Shown one piece after another: positions 56,335 through 63,647 of a stretch of DNA of 64,000 nt. The position numbers and the translations under genes are program-made. Under the pieces are notes generated by a model, which was not told the DNA's origin, made no database searches, and worked only from the letters and a program-made list of their open reading frames with translations. This DNA comes from a virus. Numbering within the stretch: the first letter of the stretch is position 1; the number at the start of each line of letters is the position of its first letter. Where the stretch lies: IMG/VR virus record IMGVR_UViG_3300050343_000220, positions 5,138 through 69,137 of that record. One strand, written 5' to 3'.

Positions 56335-56628
56335 TCAGAGTTGGTCTTCAACATCAGAGATCATTTTTACGTCAGAGGTTGGATAAGCAACACAAGACAT
56401 AAAGAAGCCTTCTGCTTGTTGGTCATCATCCAAGTAGCTTTGATCTGATTGATCAACAGTGCCAGACACCAGCTTGCTTACACAGGTTGAGCATGCACCA
56501 GCACGGCATGAATAGTTGAGTTCAACGCCCGCTTCTTCCGCAGCTTCAATGATGTACTGGTCACTTTCACAAGGGAAAGTAAAGTTGCCACCATCTTCAG
56601 TAGTGACTTCGATTGTGTAATTAGCCAT
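56335..56628 (-). CDS. petF: plant-type [2Fe-2S] ferredoxin
   Basis: YSCRAGACSTC...DQSDQSYLDDDQ...CVAYPTSD. Confidence 0.95.
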   Translation of the reverse strand: MANYTIEVTTEDGGNFTFPCESDQYIIEAAEEAGVELNYSCRAGACSTCVSKLVSGTVDQSDQSYLDDDQQAEGFFMSCVAYPTSDVKMISDVEDQL

Positions 56629-56793
56629 GGTGAATCTTTTTGAGTGTATATATGTGATCGAGTAAGGGACCGAGCCACCAAAAGGGGCGACCCGGTTAAT
56701 TACTCAGACAGAAACAGCAAAAATGTCTGAAACCTAATTGAGTGTCCCTGCCGCTGTTCTTCTACGGGAACACCTACATATCGTAGGAAATAA

Positions 56794-57015
56794 TCATACT
56801 AAATGTGATTCAAGTGATTGAATCGCATCACGCATAGTAGCTCCTGCGAATCCAGATGATCCTGAATAGAACTCAGTCGGTTCTGCGTAGATATCAGTTT
56901 CCGCATTAAACGGAAAAGATGATCGTGCACGTCTGCAATAACCCTCAGCACGCTGAAGATTATCGAGGATGCGCTCAATCTCAGGTTTAGAGATCAGGAT
57001 CATTTGTTGTTCCAT
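56794..57015 (-). CDS. hypothetical early protein
   Basis: start set at MEQQ after element E3. Confidence 0.6.
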   Translation of the reverse strand: MEQQMILISKPEIERILDNLQRAEGYCRRARSSFPFNAETDIYAEPTEFYSGSSGFAGATMRDAIQSLESHLV

Positions 57016-57031
57016 AGATCTAAGTGTCAAA

Positions 57032-57064
57032 GGACACTAAAACATAGAGCCGCGAGTCAGCGGC
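57032..57064 (-). promoter_or_regulatory. hairpin-11nt-RTGYYC element E3
   Basis: GCCGC-tgactc-GCGGC tctatgtttta GTGTCC. Confidence 0.8.
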
Positions 57065-57149
57065 AAGTTAGATATAGAAATTAAATACAATATTTAAAGG
57101 AGATGTTACTTATGTAATCAATAAACAACACATAGGTATATAGATATGG

Positions 57150-57875
57150 GTGTATAACAGGAAACAATTTCCAGATCCAAGGTTATTTGATGTACTGGTA
57201 TCAAGCCCAGAACATTTTAAAAAATATAACAACGTTAAAGACTCACAAAGCGTGCAGCTTAATTCTCTTTATCCTGTAACAAAAAAAGGAGAATCAAATG
57301 TAGATACTCGTGCAACTAATGAATTAGTGCAAAAAGTTCTTAGGCCTGAGTCAGGAGATCAAGTTCACCATAAAAATGCTCTTAGTTTAATTGGAATTGC
57401 ATTAGACAATGCAGACGATGCAGGTAAAGCACAAATATATAATCTTCTTGAACACAACGGTGTCAATATTGGCGATGATATCTATAACTTAATTAATTTA
57501 CCTCAGCGAGTACATGAAGATCATCATCGATTTACAAGAGATCAAGGATTAGAAATGCAAGGTAGAGGCACAAAAGGACTTGCTAGACGAATAAAAGATT
57601 CTTCTAACATAGATGAAACATTAGAATATGTTCAAGACTATATTGACTATGGTATTCCTATGATTAGAGAAAATATAGATGATTTATTGACGGAATATCA
57701 TGGTTCAGCTGGTGCTGGCAAAAGATTTGCAGATAAATCTGTATTAGATGCATATCGTCAAGCCATTGACGGTGATATCAATACATCTGATCAAGGCAAG
57801 GCCGTCAATATCTTTGCTGACACAGTGCTCATGGAGAAAGGTATTAACGGTAACGGTAAAAACGGCAAGCACTAA
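57150..57875 (+). CDS. protein with HNH/AHH-like nuclease motif
   Basis: QVHHK...NLINLP..VH..HH; AT-rich, opposite strand to neighbours. Confidence 0.5.
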   Translation: MYNRKQFPDPRLFDVLVSSPEHFKKYNNVKDSQSVQLNSLYPVTKKGESNVDTRATNELVQKVLRPESGDQVHHKNALSLIGIALDNADDAGKAQIYNLLEHNGVNIGDDIYNLINLPQRVHEDHHRFTRDQGLEMQGRGTKGLARRIKDSSNIDETLEYVQDYIDYGIPMIRENIDDLLTEYHGSAGAGKRFADKSVLDAYRQAIDGDINTSDQGKAVNIFADTVLMEKGINGNGKNGKH

Positions 57876-58120
57876 AGCTTTCCGTCCACTACACCCTTAC
57901 GTGGTGTTGATGTGTACCCATCAAATTCACCTTTCATGACAGGTATGTGAATGCTGTCCGTGACTTCACGAACACCTTCTTCTGTCATTCCGGTGACCAT
58001 ACGGGTACCGTCAGTAAGAGTAGATATATAGAGACCATACTTGCTTTTAGTAATGTCATATGTCCAATCAGTCCTCTTGGACTTTCGTGAGGACGTAGCA
58101 GTAGATTGCGAACGTGGCAT
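57872..58120 (-). CDS. hypothetical cyanophage protein
   Basis: KYGLY.S...DG...VTG...GVVDGKL. Confidence 0.55.
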   Translation of the reverse strand: MPRSQSTATSSRKSKRTDWTYDITKSKYGLYISTLTDGTRMVTGMTEEGVREVTDSIHIPVMKGEFDGYTSTPRKGVVDGKL

Positions 58121-58152
58121 AGATAGTTAGATAGATTGCGATGTCCATAGTT

Positions 58153-58192
58153 TAAAAAAAGAAAAAACCCAGCCGTGGGATACACGGCCGGG
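58153..58192 (-). terminator. intrinsic terminator
   Basis: CCCGGCCGTG-tatc-CCACGGCTGGG followed by a long T tract. Confidence 0.8.
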
Positions 58193-58200
58193 AGTTGTTA

Positions 58201-58689
58201 TCAATAAAGAGCTACAAGCTCTTCTTCTGCTGTCTCTTCAACAGGCTCCATAGATGGAGTTTCGTCAACCTCAGGCGTTCCCACTTGAGTGATGACAGTG
58301 CCTGCTGCAAGACGCTGTGCCTGTCCTTCTGCGTTAGGCATAGGACCAAGGCCACCATCGAGCACGTTTACGCCTGTGAGGTGGATTTCAGGTCGCCTAC
58401 GCATGCGAACTTCACCAGTCTGTGTGGTGTAAACCTCAGAGACGTTGTGAAGGTGTCCAGTGATAGTGACTTGACGGCCTTTGCAGAAGTAACCCTTCTC
58501 AAAGAGGCTCATCAAGCCATTGGAGTTGTTGAAGGTGTAGACCAAGTCAGCGCCATCTTTGGAGGCAGTGCTGATTACGGATACACTCAAGAACTTGTTG
58601 TCTTTGAGCTCTACGATCTCAGCATTGAAGATGCGACCGGTAACGGTGAGAGCGTTGAACTGAGCGTAGCGAGGTGAAGTGTTGTTCAA
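58201..58689 (-). CDS. SSB-like OB-fold protein
   Basis: NALTVTGRI...KGRQVTITGHL; acidic tail EEELVALY. Confidence 0.65.
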   Translation of the reverse strand: MNNTSPRYAQFNALTVTGRIFNAEIVELKDNKFLSVSVISTASKDGADLVYTFNNSNGLMSLFEKGYFCKGRQVTITGHLHNVSEVYTTQTGEVRMRRRPEIHLTGVNVLDGGLGPMPNAEGQAQRLAAGTVITQVGTPEVDETPSMEPVEETAEEELVALY

Positions 58690-58706
58690 AGGGAACCTTT
58701 GATAAA

Positions 58707-58739
58707 GAACATGTAAAAAGAAAGCCGCTGTTAAGCGGC
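58707..58739 (-). promoter_or_regulatory. hairpin-11nt-RTGYYC element E4
   Basis: GCCGC-ttaaca-GCGGC tttctttttac ATGTTC. Confidence 0.8.
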
Positions 58740-58750
58740 TATTGAGGCAA

Positions 58751-59143
58751 TCAGTTGCCAGATGCTGTTACATATGGGTCATCAGGACCACATGAGATAG
58801 TCGTAAGAATGTTCATGACTGCTTGTAATTTGCCAGCATCACGAATCCACGCATGAGATGTATCGTCATCCATACCAGCTGCTTTAGTTGCAACATTCAT
58901 GTGGAAGTCGATCATGTTAGAAATGATCATGACCATCATGATTTTGTGGAATGCAACAGGATCATCTGTCATGCGTCCAGTTAATGCGATCTGCTCTGAA
59001 GCAAGCTCCATTAACTCTTCTGTATTTTCTGCACGTTCACAGGTGCACTCATCGTGAATATCTGATTCATTTGGCGCATCCTTAAGATGAGACGTAAGCT
59101 CATCCATAGAGATGCCATCAGGGACGTTAAACGATTGGGTCAA
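58751..59143 (-). CDS. hypothetical protein
   Basis: 130 aa, GAGG RBS and TTG start. Confidence 0.6.
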   Translation of the reverse strand: MTQSFNVPDGISMDELTSHLKDAPNESDIHDECTCERAENTEELMELASEQIALTGRMTDDPVAFHKIMMVMIISNMIDFHMNVATKAAGMDDDTSHAWIRDAGKLQAVMNILTTISCGPDDPYVTASGN

Positions 59144-59203
59144 ATAAACCTCTTAAATTACAAAAAATGAGAAAGGCGCAAATTTGCGCCAGTGGTGGTC
59201 AAC

Positions 59204-59413
59204 TCAAGCGATATCGCAGCACATGTGTGCGTGGCCTGCATCGGAGATAAAGTCACCGACACGCTCCTGGAATAGAGCGGTGGAACCGTCAGCAAAGACG
59301 GTGTAATCGGTTTCATCTACGAGATAGCAGAACGCAGCTTCGTTCTGAGGAACCACCTTGGACAAACCAGTAATGTTGGTAGCAACAATGGTGAAGTCGT
59401 AGGTGATTGCCAT
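59204..59413 (-). CDS. hypothetical early protein
   Basis: starts 23 nt after the RTGYYC of element E5. Confidence 0.65.
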   Translation of the reverse strand: MAITYDFTIVATNITGLSKVVPQNEAAFCYLVDETDYTVFADGSTALFQERVGDFISDAGHAHMCCDIA

Positions 59414-59430
59414 TAAGCATTCGATTTGAA

Positions 59431-59463
59431 GAACACTAAAAAAGAGAGTCGCGAGTCAGCGAC
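59431..59463 (-). promoter_or_regulatory. hairpin-11nt-RTGYYC element E5
   Basis: GTCGC-tgactc-GCGAC tctctttttta GTGTTC. Confidence 0.8.
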
Positions 59464-59473
59464 CCTCAAGTGT

Positions 59474-59596
59474 TCACACGATGGCTGTCATGACCCCTGC
59501 TTTACGCAGGTAATAGGCGTCACGTACTCGCTCTTTGGTCTGACGTAGGAGTTCAGCCTTAAGTCGAGCAGCAGCACGAAGTTGTACATCAGTCAT
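59474..59596 (-). CDS. 40-aa early protein (not in ORF track)
   Basis: MTDVQLRAAARLKAELLRQTKERVRDAYYLRKAGVMTAIV; fills the gap between E6 and E5. Confidence 0.6.
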   Translation of the reverse strand: MTDVQLRAAARLKAELLRQTKERVRDAYYLRKAGVMTAIV

Positions 59597-59610
59597 AGTG
59601 ACAATTCATT

Positions 59611-59643
59611 GGACACGAGAAAAGAAAGCCGCGAGTCAGCGGC
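59611..59643 (-). promoter_or_regulatory. hairpin-11nt-RTGYYC element E6
   Basis: GCCGC-tgactc-GCGGC tttcttttctc GTGTCC. Confidence 0.8.
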
Positions 59644-59764
59644 TATTGTTCATCGGAACAAATGTCATGCTTGACCGTCCCATTAAGGGGAGGTAGTAGG
59701 CATAGACCTATGGATGTAGCTTCTGCATTGAAGTAGAAGGCTAGAAGGAAATAGAGAACTAACT

Positions 59765-60283
59765 TCAAACCTTGACCACGCTCTCAGGATGGGCAGCCCA
59801 GTACTCACAATTCTTGAGTACATGGATACGCTTGATCCTCTGAAGGCGTGCACCTTCAATGTTGTATGGACTGTCATCGATAAGGGTGCCAACCATCCGG
59901 TATTGCTTGCGTAAATACTGAAGCATGTGCTGCTTCGTATTACCGCTGTTGTCCACACCAGTGGAAACAAGAATGCAATCGAATGGAATGGACCACTTGC
60001 GAAGCCAGTTATAGGATTCAGTGAGCCTGTCGGATGGACGGGCAGTGCAGATAGCGATTGAATCGCCCCACTGATGCATCATCCGTAGTAGATCAACAAC
60101 ACGGTCATCAGGTTCAAATGACCTGGAGGCATCAAAGAACTCGTCTTTGGTCATGCCTATGTTGTTGAAGTGATCAGGCTTGATCGTAATAGTGTCGTCC
60201 AAGTCAAACGCATGCACGATGCGTTGTTTAGATGGAGACGTACGGTGTATACCTACGTAGTGAGTTGAAGCAATAGCGTTCAT
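59765..60283 (-). CDS. HAD-family phosphatase (polynucleotide 3'-phosphatase-like)
   Basis: FDLDDT, CTARP, K, IDDSPYN; start set at MNAIAS. Confidence 0.8.
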   Translation of the reverse strand: MNAIASTHYVGIHRTSPSKQRIVHAFDLDDTITIKPDHFNNIGMTKDEFFDASRSFEPDDRVVDLLRMMHQWGDSIAICTARPSDRLTESYNWLRKWSIPFDCILVSTGVDNSGNTKQHMLQYLRKQYRMVGTLIDDSPYNIEGARLQRIKRIHVLKNCEYWAAHPESVVKV

Positions 60284-60296
60284 GTAATCTTGCAAA

Positions 60297-60329
60297 GAGT
60301 ACACAAAAAGAAAGCCGCGATTAAGCGGC
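60297..60329 (-). promoter_or_regulatory. hairpin-11nt element E7 (variant hexamer)
   Basis: GCCGC-ttaatc-GCGGC tttctttttgt GTACTC. Confidence 0.7.
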
Positions 60330-60403
60330 AATCTTGTGCACTCTGGGGTTGTCATGCCTCGTCTGCGAAATGCAGAGCTCCCACACTGTTATCCCCAGAT
60401 AGA

Positions 60404-60601
60404 TCAGACCTCAGCTAACCAAGCGCCAAGGTCATGGATCTTTTCACCAGTTACAGCGAGGACAAGTCCGACGTTGTTAACTCCGCCACGGCAGCGTTGA
60501 CGAACGTCTGCCCAATCCACCTGTTTAATCCAGACAACGGTGTCTGTAATAGGTGGAAAGGCTTTAAGTTCAGCTGATTTTTGGCTGGTGATAGTAGTCA
60601 T
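60404..60601 (-). CDS. hypothetical early protein
   Basis: start set at MTTITS after E8; an in-frame ATG at 60622 is also possible. Confidence 0.6.
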   Translation of the reverse strand: MTTITSQKSAELKAFPPITDTVVWIKQVDWADVRQRCRGGVNNVGLVLAVTGEKIHDLGAWLAEV

Positions 60602-60616
60602 GGAATAATATCCAAA

Positions 60617-60649
60617 GGACATAAGTAAATACAGGCGCTGATAAGCGCC
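60617..60649 (-). promoter_or_regulatory. hairpin-11nt-RTGYYC element E8
   Basis: GGCGC-ttatca-GCGCC tgtatttactt ATGTCC. Confidence 0.8.
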
Positions 60650-60656
60650 AGTGTTA

Positions 60657-60767
60657 CTAACTCAAAGGTCTACGCTTGAATGCTGTGGTTAGGACAACTC
60701 CTGTGGAGAGGAGCCCAACCATGCCGATTACAGCGAGAATGATGGTAGTTTGATCGAAGACAATCAC
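60657..60767 (-). CDS. 36-aa single-pass membrane protein (not in ORF track)
   Basis: MIVFDQTTIILAVIGMVGLLSTGVVLTTAFKRRPLS between E9 and E8. Confidence 0.6.
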   Translation of the reverse strand: MIVFDQTTIILAVIGMVGLLSTGVVLTTAFKRRPLS

Positions 60768-60785
60768 TGCTTGTTTCTATATATT

Positions 60786-60818
60786 GAACATTTATATCTA
60801 CAGCCGCAGTTATGCGGC
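60786..60818 (-). promoter_or_regulatory. hairpin-11nt-RTGYYC element E9
   Basis: GCCGC-ataact-GCGGC tgtagatataa ATGTTC; upstream stop codon lies inside the loop. Confidence 0.75.
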
Positions 60819-61049
60819 ATTAGATGTTTCGGTGAGCTTTGGAAGCTCTGTTTCGAGTTGGCTGATGTGTGTCTCAAGGCGTTCAATAGAACTCTTGTGA
60901 CCATCGACTAGCCGTTGCAGTTCAGCGATTTCCGCGACTGCTTGTTTCTGTTTATATGCCTTCATTTCTGAATCAGATATAACATAGACGGACGGACTTC
61001 GTGAAGTCAGCCATGGTTCGAATGGGCTCATAAGGTCAAATACGGACAT
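60810..61049 (-). CDS. coiled-coil protein
   Basis: VYVISDSE followed by a coiled coil. Confidence 0.65.
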   Translation of the reverse strand: MSVFDLMSPFEPWLTSRSPSVYVISDSEMKAYKQKQAVAEIAELQRLVDGHKSSIERLETHISQLETELPKLTETSNAA

Positions 61050-61140
61050 TGCTTATTTATATATACCGCTCCCCTAATTTACCTAGGTAATTGATAGTAG
61101 GGACCACGGTATATACGGTAATAGGGGTAGTAAACACCGC

Positions 61141-61296
61141 CTATTTACAGCAGTTCTCTAAAGCATATACTTGATAAGAGTTCTCAATAAGCTCTAGTTT
61201 ATGAGCTTTCTTGAGTATCTTCTTAGCTTGCTTACGAGTAGTAGCAACCTGAGCTTTCTTAAGTAGTTTGATATACTTCTTGGGCTTAGCTTTCAT
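61141..61296 (-). CDS. 51-aa Lys-rich protein (not in ORF track)
   Basis: MKAKPKKYIKLLKKAQVATTRKQAKKILKKAHK... Confidence 0.55.
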   Translation of the reverse strand: MKAKPKKYIKLLKKAQVATTRKQAKKILKKAHKLELIENSYQVYALENCCK

Positions 61297-61309
61297 AGAT
61301 TAAATCAGT

Positions 61310-61582
61310 TTAAGTAGTAGTAGTACGATTGAGGATATGCCCCATAGTCCTAGGATTATGACGTATGTAGATGCCATCAGGTTCTTGTGACTCTTGTAGT
61401 TCGTAACAGCGATTAAGTATTCCGTACGCCTCTTGAGGAGTGAGTACTGAAGCATCGATAGCGAGTTGTAATTCGATACCGATCTCTTCACACACGTTCA
61501 AAGGACGAGTTGGAGAACTTATCAGCGGGGAAACATTGTTGACCAAGGCAGTCATCAATATAGTTATAAGTATAGGGGTCAT
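61310..61582 (-). CDS. hypothetical secreted/membrane protein
   Basis: hydrophobic N-terminus, C...EA..I..RC. Confidence 0.5.
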   Translation of the reverse strand: MTPILITILMTALVNNVSPLISSPTRPLNVCEEIGIELQLAIDASVLTPQEAYGILNRCYELQESQEPDGIYIRHNPRTMGHILNRTTTT

Positions 61583-61662
61583 TATGTTAATAGTCTCAAT
61601 TCAATAGTAACTGTTAGTTATCCCGCATGTAGATACAATGAGGTATAAAACAGGATAAGGAT

Positions 61663-62043
61663 ATGGATAGACGTAAGGCAGGTGACATGCTGGACAGTAT
61701 TGTCAATAAACTTCGGGAGTTTGATGATGGGTATACCTCTCGTATCAATAAGATGTACGAGGGATCTAACCCAGCTGTCCAAGCTGCTGCAGTAATTGCA
61801 GGCGGTGGTCACCCTTCCTTACGTAAGGGGGAGATAGACCAGAGTATCTACGGTCCAGAACGACGTATTACACAGGGAACACGTAATGCACTGGAGTATG
61901 CACTTCCAGTAGCTAGTACGGTCCCCAAATACATAATTCCAGCCGCAGGCGTAGCCTTAGCAGGTCGTGGAGTTATGGATATTGCTGCTGGCTTCGGAGG
62001 ACCCGCAGACCAACAGGAGTCCGGTCAAATATCACTTATGTGA
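61663..62043 (+). CDS. hypothetical late-type protein
   Basis: TACAAT upstream, AAGGA RBS, Gly/Ala-rich C-terminus. Confidence 0.6.
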   Translation: MDRRKAGDMLDSIVNKLREFDDGYTSRINKMYEGSNPAVQAAAVIAGGGHPSLRKGEIDQSIYGPERRITQGTRNALEYALPVASTVPKYIIPAAGVALAGRGVMDIAAGFGGPADQQESGQISLM

Positions 62044-62050
62044 TAACAGT

Positions 62051-62075
62051 AAAAGAAGCCCCCGCAATAGCGGGG
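62051..62075 (-). terminator. intrinsic terminator at convergent junction
   Basis: CCCCGC-tatt-GCGGGG then gcttctttt. Confidence 0.65.
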
Positions 62076-62249
62076 ACAAGGTGGTTATATGGCACCGACC
62101 ACTGATTCCATATAGTGCAGTGTAAGCATGCCTTGAATAGCAGTCCATAAACGGATCAGGGGACAGATCTTGCAGATAGTCGTTGATAGATTCAACGTGC
62201 ATCTGCTGTCTGGACAGAGAAGTGCGCTGAGCTGGTCAGTTGTCAAGCG

Positions 62250-62495
62250 CTAAGCCGCAGCGGCGGGAGGCGCGACGGCGACGACAGGGGCGGTAGCTTT
62301 CTTAGCCTCAGCCTTCTCATCAATAGTTTTGACGAGTGACTTGGCATATGCAAAGGAACCGCCGACACAGACACTGTCGATAGTGCCATCAGCTTGCTCG
62401 ATGCCTACATCGAAGATGTCGTACTGGTTGTCAACAGTTTCAACACGCTCGAAGAGACGGACGTTGAAATCTTGACCAGGTACTTTGATACGCAT
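62250..62495 (-). CDS. hypothetical early protein
   Basis: start set at MRIKV, 38 nt after the RTGYYC of element E10. Confidence 0.6.
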   Translation of the reverse strand: MRIKVPGQDFNVRLFERVETVDNQYDIFDVGIEQADGTIDSVCVGGSFAYAKSLVKTIDEKAEAKKATAPVVAVAPPAAAA

Positions 62496-62527
62496 AAGTG
62501 ATAACGAATAAGTGAATAAGCCCAATA

Positions 62528-62560
62528 GGGCATAGAAAGAGAAAGGCGTCGATAGACGCC
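62528..62560 (-). promoter_or_regulatory. hairpin-11nt-RTGYYC element E10
   Basis: GGCGTC-tatc-GACGCC tttctctttct ATGCCC. Confidence 0.8.
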
Positions 62561-62574
62561 AATACTCTTGTGGC

Positions 62575-62910
62575 TCAATAGAGTGCCACCAAGGTATCTT
62601 CTGCAGGACGGGGAGCAGTCTCTTGAGTCATAGTCTCAAGTAGTGCAAGCTCCTGCTGCATTGATGGTGGTACACGCTTAATAGGCTTAGGAGTAGCTCC
62701 GTCCCAACGACGCTTGGTCGTATGACGTTCTACTTGATAGCCATAGGACGCATAGTTGAGCATGCAGTCCTGAAGCTGTGCATGTGTAGTGAATACTCTG
62801 CATCGGTTAGTAGTACCACCGAATGCGACGTAGACACTGTCACATTGAGCGAATGTCCAAGTTGACAGACCTTTGGCAGTCATCTTGGTAAGGGTAGCGA
62901 GTTTACGCAT
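62575..62910 (-). CDS. hypothetical early protein ending LVALY
   Basis: start set at MRKLAT after E11. Confidence 0.6.
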   Translation of the reverse strand: MRKLATLTKMTAKGLSTWTFAQCDSVYVAFGGTTNRCRVFTTHAQLQDCMLNYASYGYQVERHTTKRRWDGATPKPIKRVPPSMQQELALLETMTQETAPRPAEDTLVALY

Positions 62911-62929
62911 GAGATACTTAGTATCGAAA

Positions 62930-62962
62930 GAACACAATGAAATAGAGGCGTCAATTGACGCC
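62930..62962 (-). promoter_or_regulatory. hairpin-11nt-RTGYYC element E11
   Basis: GGCGTC-aatt-GACGCC tctatttcatt GTGTTC. Confidence 0.8.
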
Positions 62963-62968
62963 ATTGTG

Positions 62969-63148
62969 TTACATTCCAGCAATGAATTCGTGTAACTCAT
63001 TCATGTAGTCATCGTGTGACTCGAAATGACGTCCATGGATTTCACAGGGGAAAGTCATAGGACGAAACGCAGGCATCATGTCACGTACGACTTCGCGCTC
63101 AGTAGCGCCAGTCTGTTGACAGATTTGCGTGATATAAGGATTACTCAT
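62969..63148 (-). CDS. 59-aa early protein (not in ORF track)
   Basis: MSNPYITQI...FPCEIHGRHFESHDDYMNELHEF; between E12 and E11. Confidence 0.65.
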   Translation of the reverse strand: MSNPYITQICQQTGATEREVVRDMMPAFRPMTFPCEIHGRHFESHDDYMNELHEFIAGM

Positions 63149-63167
63149 AGTGTGATTTAAATATAAA

Positions 63168-63200
63168 GAACACAGTGAAATAAACCCGTCGATAGACGGG
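63168..63200 (-). promoter_or_regulatory. hairpin-11nt-RTGYYC element E12
   Basis: CCCGTC-tatc-GACGGG tttatttcact GTGTTC. Confidence 0.8.
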
Positions 63201-63210
63201 TCATAGGTGT

Positions 63211-63381
63211 TCAGAAGGGAAGAACGTCAGTGTTGACCTGTATGTGATCAACGCGAACGTCGTCCCAGTCATCGAAGGACTTAGCGTAAGCCTGTGCTTC
63301 GTGGTAGGTATTGAAGTACTCGCGAGTAGCTTCAGGGATACCGTCATCACAGTGAACTTCGAAGTAAGAAACTGTGTACAT
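63211..63381 (-). CDS. 56-aa acidic early protein ending DVLPF (not in ORF track)
   Basis: MYTVSYFEVH...NTDVLPF; between E13 and E12. Confidence 0.65.
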   Translation of the reverse strand: MYTVSYFEVHCDDGIPEATREYFNTYHEAQAYAKSFDDWDDVRVDHIQVNTDVLPF

Positions 63382-63395
63382 CTGATTGATGTAAA

Positions 63396-63429
63396 GAACA
63401 CAATGAAATAAAGGCGTCGCATAGACGCC
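63396..63429 (-). promoter_or_regulatory. hairpin-11nt-RTGYYC element E13
   Basis: GGCGTC-tatgc-GACGCC tttatttcatt GTGTTC. Confidence 0.8.
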
Positions 63430-63436
63430 AATGTGT

Positions 63437-63631
63437 TCAGTTGTTTAGGTACATATCGCAGAATGCAACATGCGCTTCATGCTGATGAGCAGGCCAATCT
63501 TCTGTAAGACATTGCTGCTCTGTTGCAGATTCTAAGTTGTATACAAATCTGGAGTGAACTTCACCTAGTGCAAAGCATCCTGATGCAAGCACAACGAGGG
63601 TGATGAGTGAGGAACGAACAGTTGTGAACAC
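63437..63631 (-). CDS. small membrane-anchored early protein
   Basis: TM helix, QC...DWP.HQH.AHV.FC. Confidence 0.65.
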   Translation of the reverse strand: MFTTVRSSLITLVVLASGCFALGEVHSRFVYNLESATEQQCLTEDWPAHQHEAHVAFCDMYLNN

Positions 63632-63647
63632 TGATGTTATATAAAAA

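Noticed and set aside
61150-61296. AGCT-rich repeats as a non-coding element
   Set aside because: Explained by Lys-Ala codons of a 51-aa ORF on the - strand
63201-63431. ORF-track 76-aa protein, and extended starts of 62575..63000, 59765..60355, 32391..33059 and 28655..28888
   Set aside because: They run through regulatory elements or neighbouring genes; shorter ORFs fit the layout and motifs better
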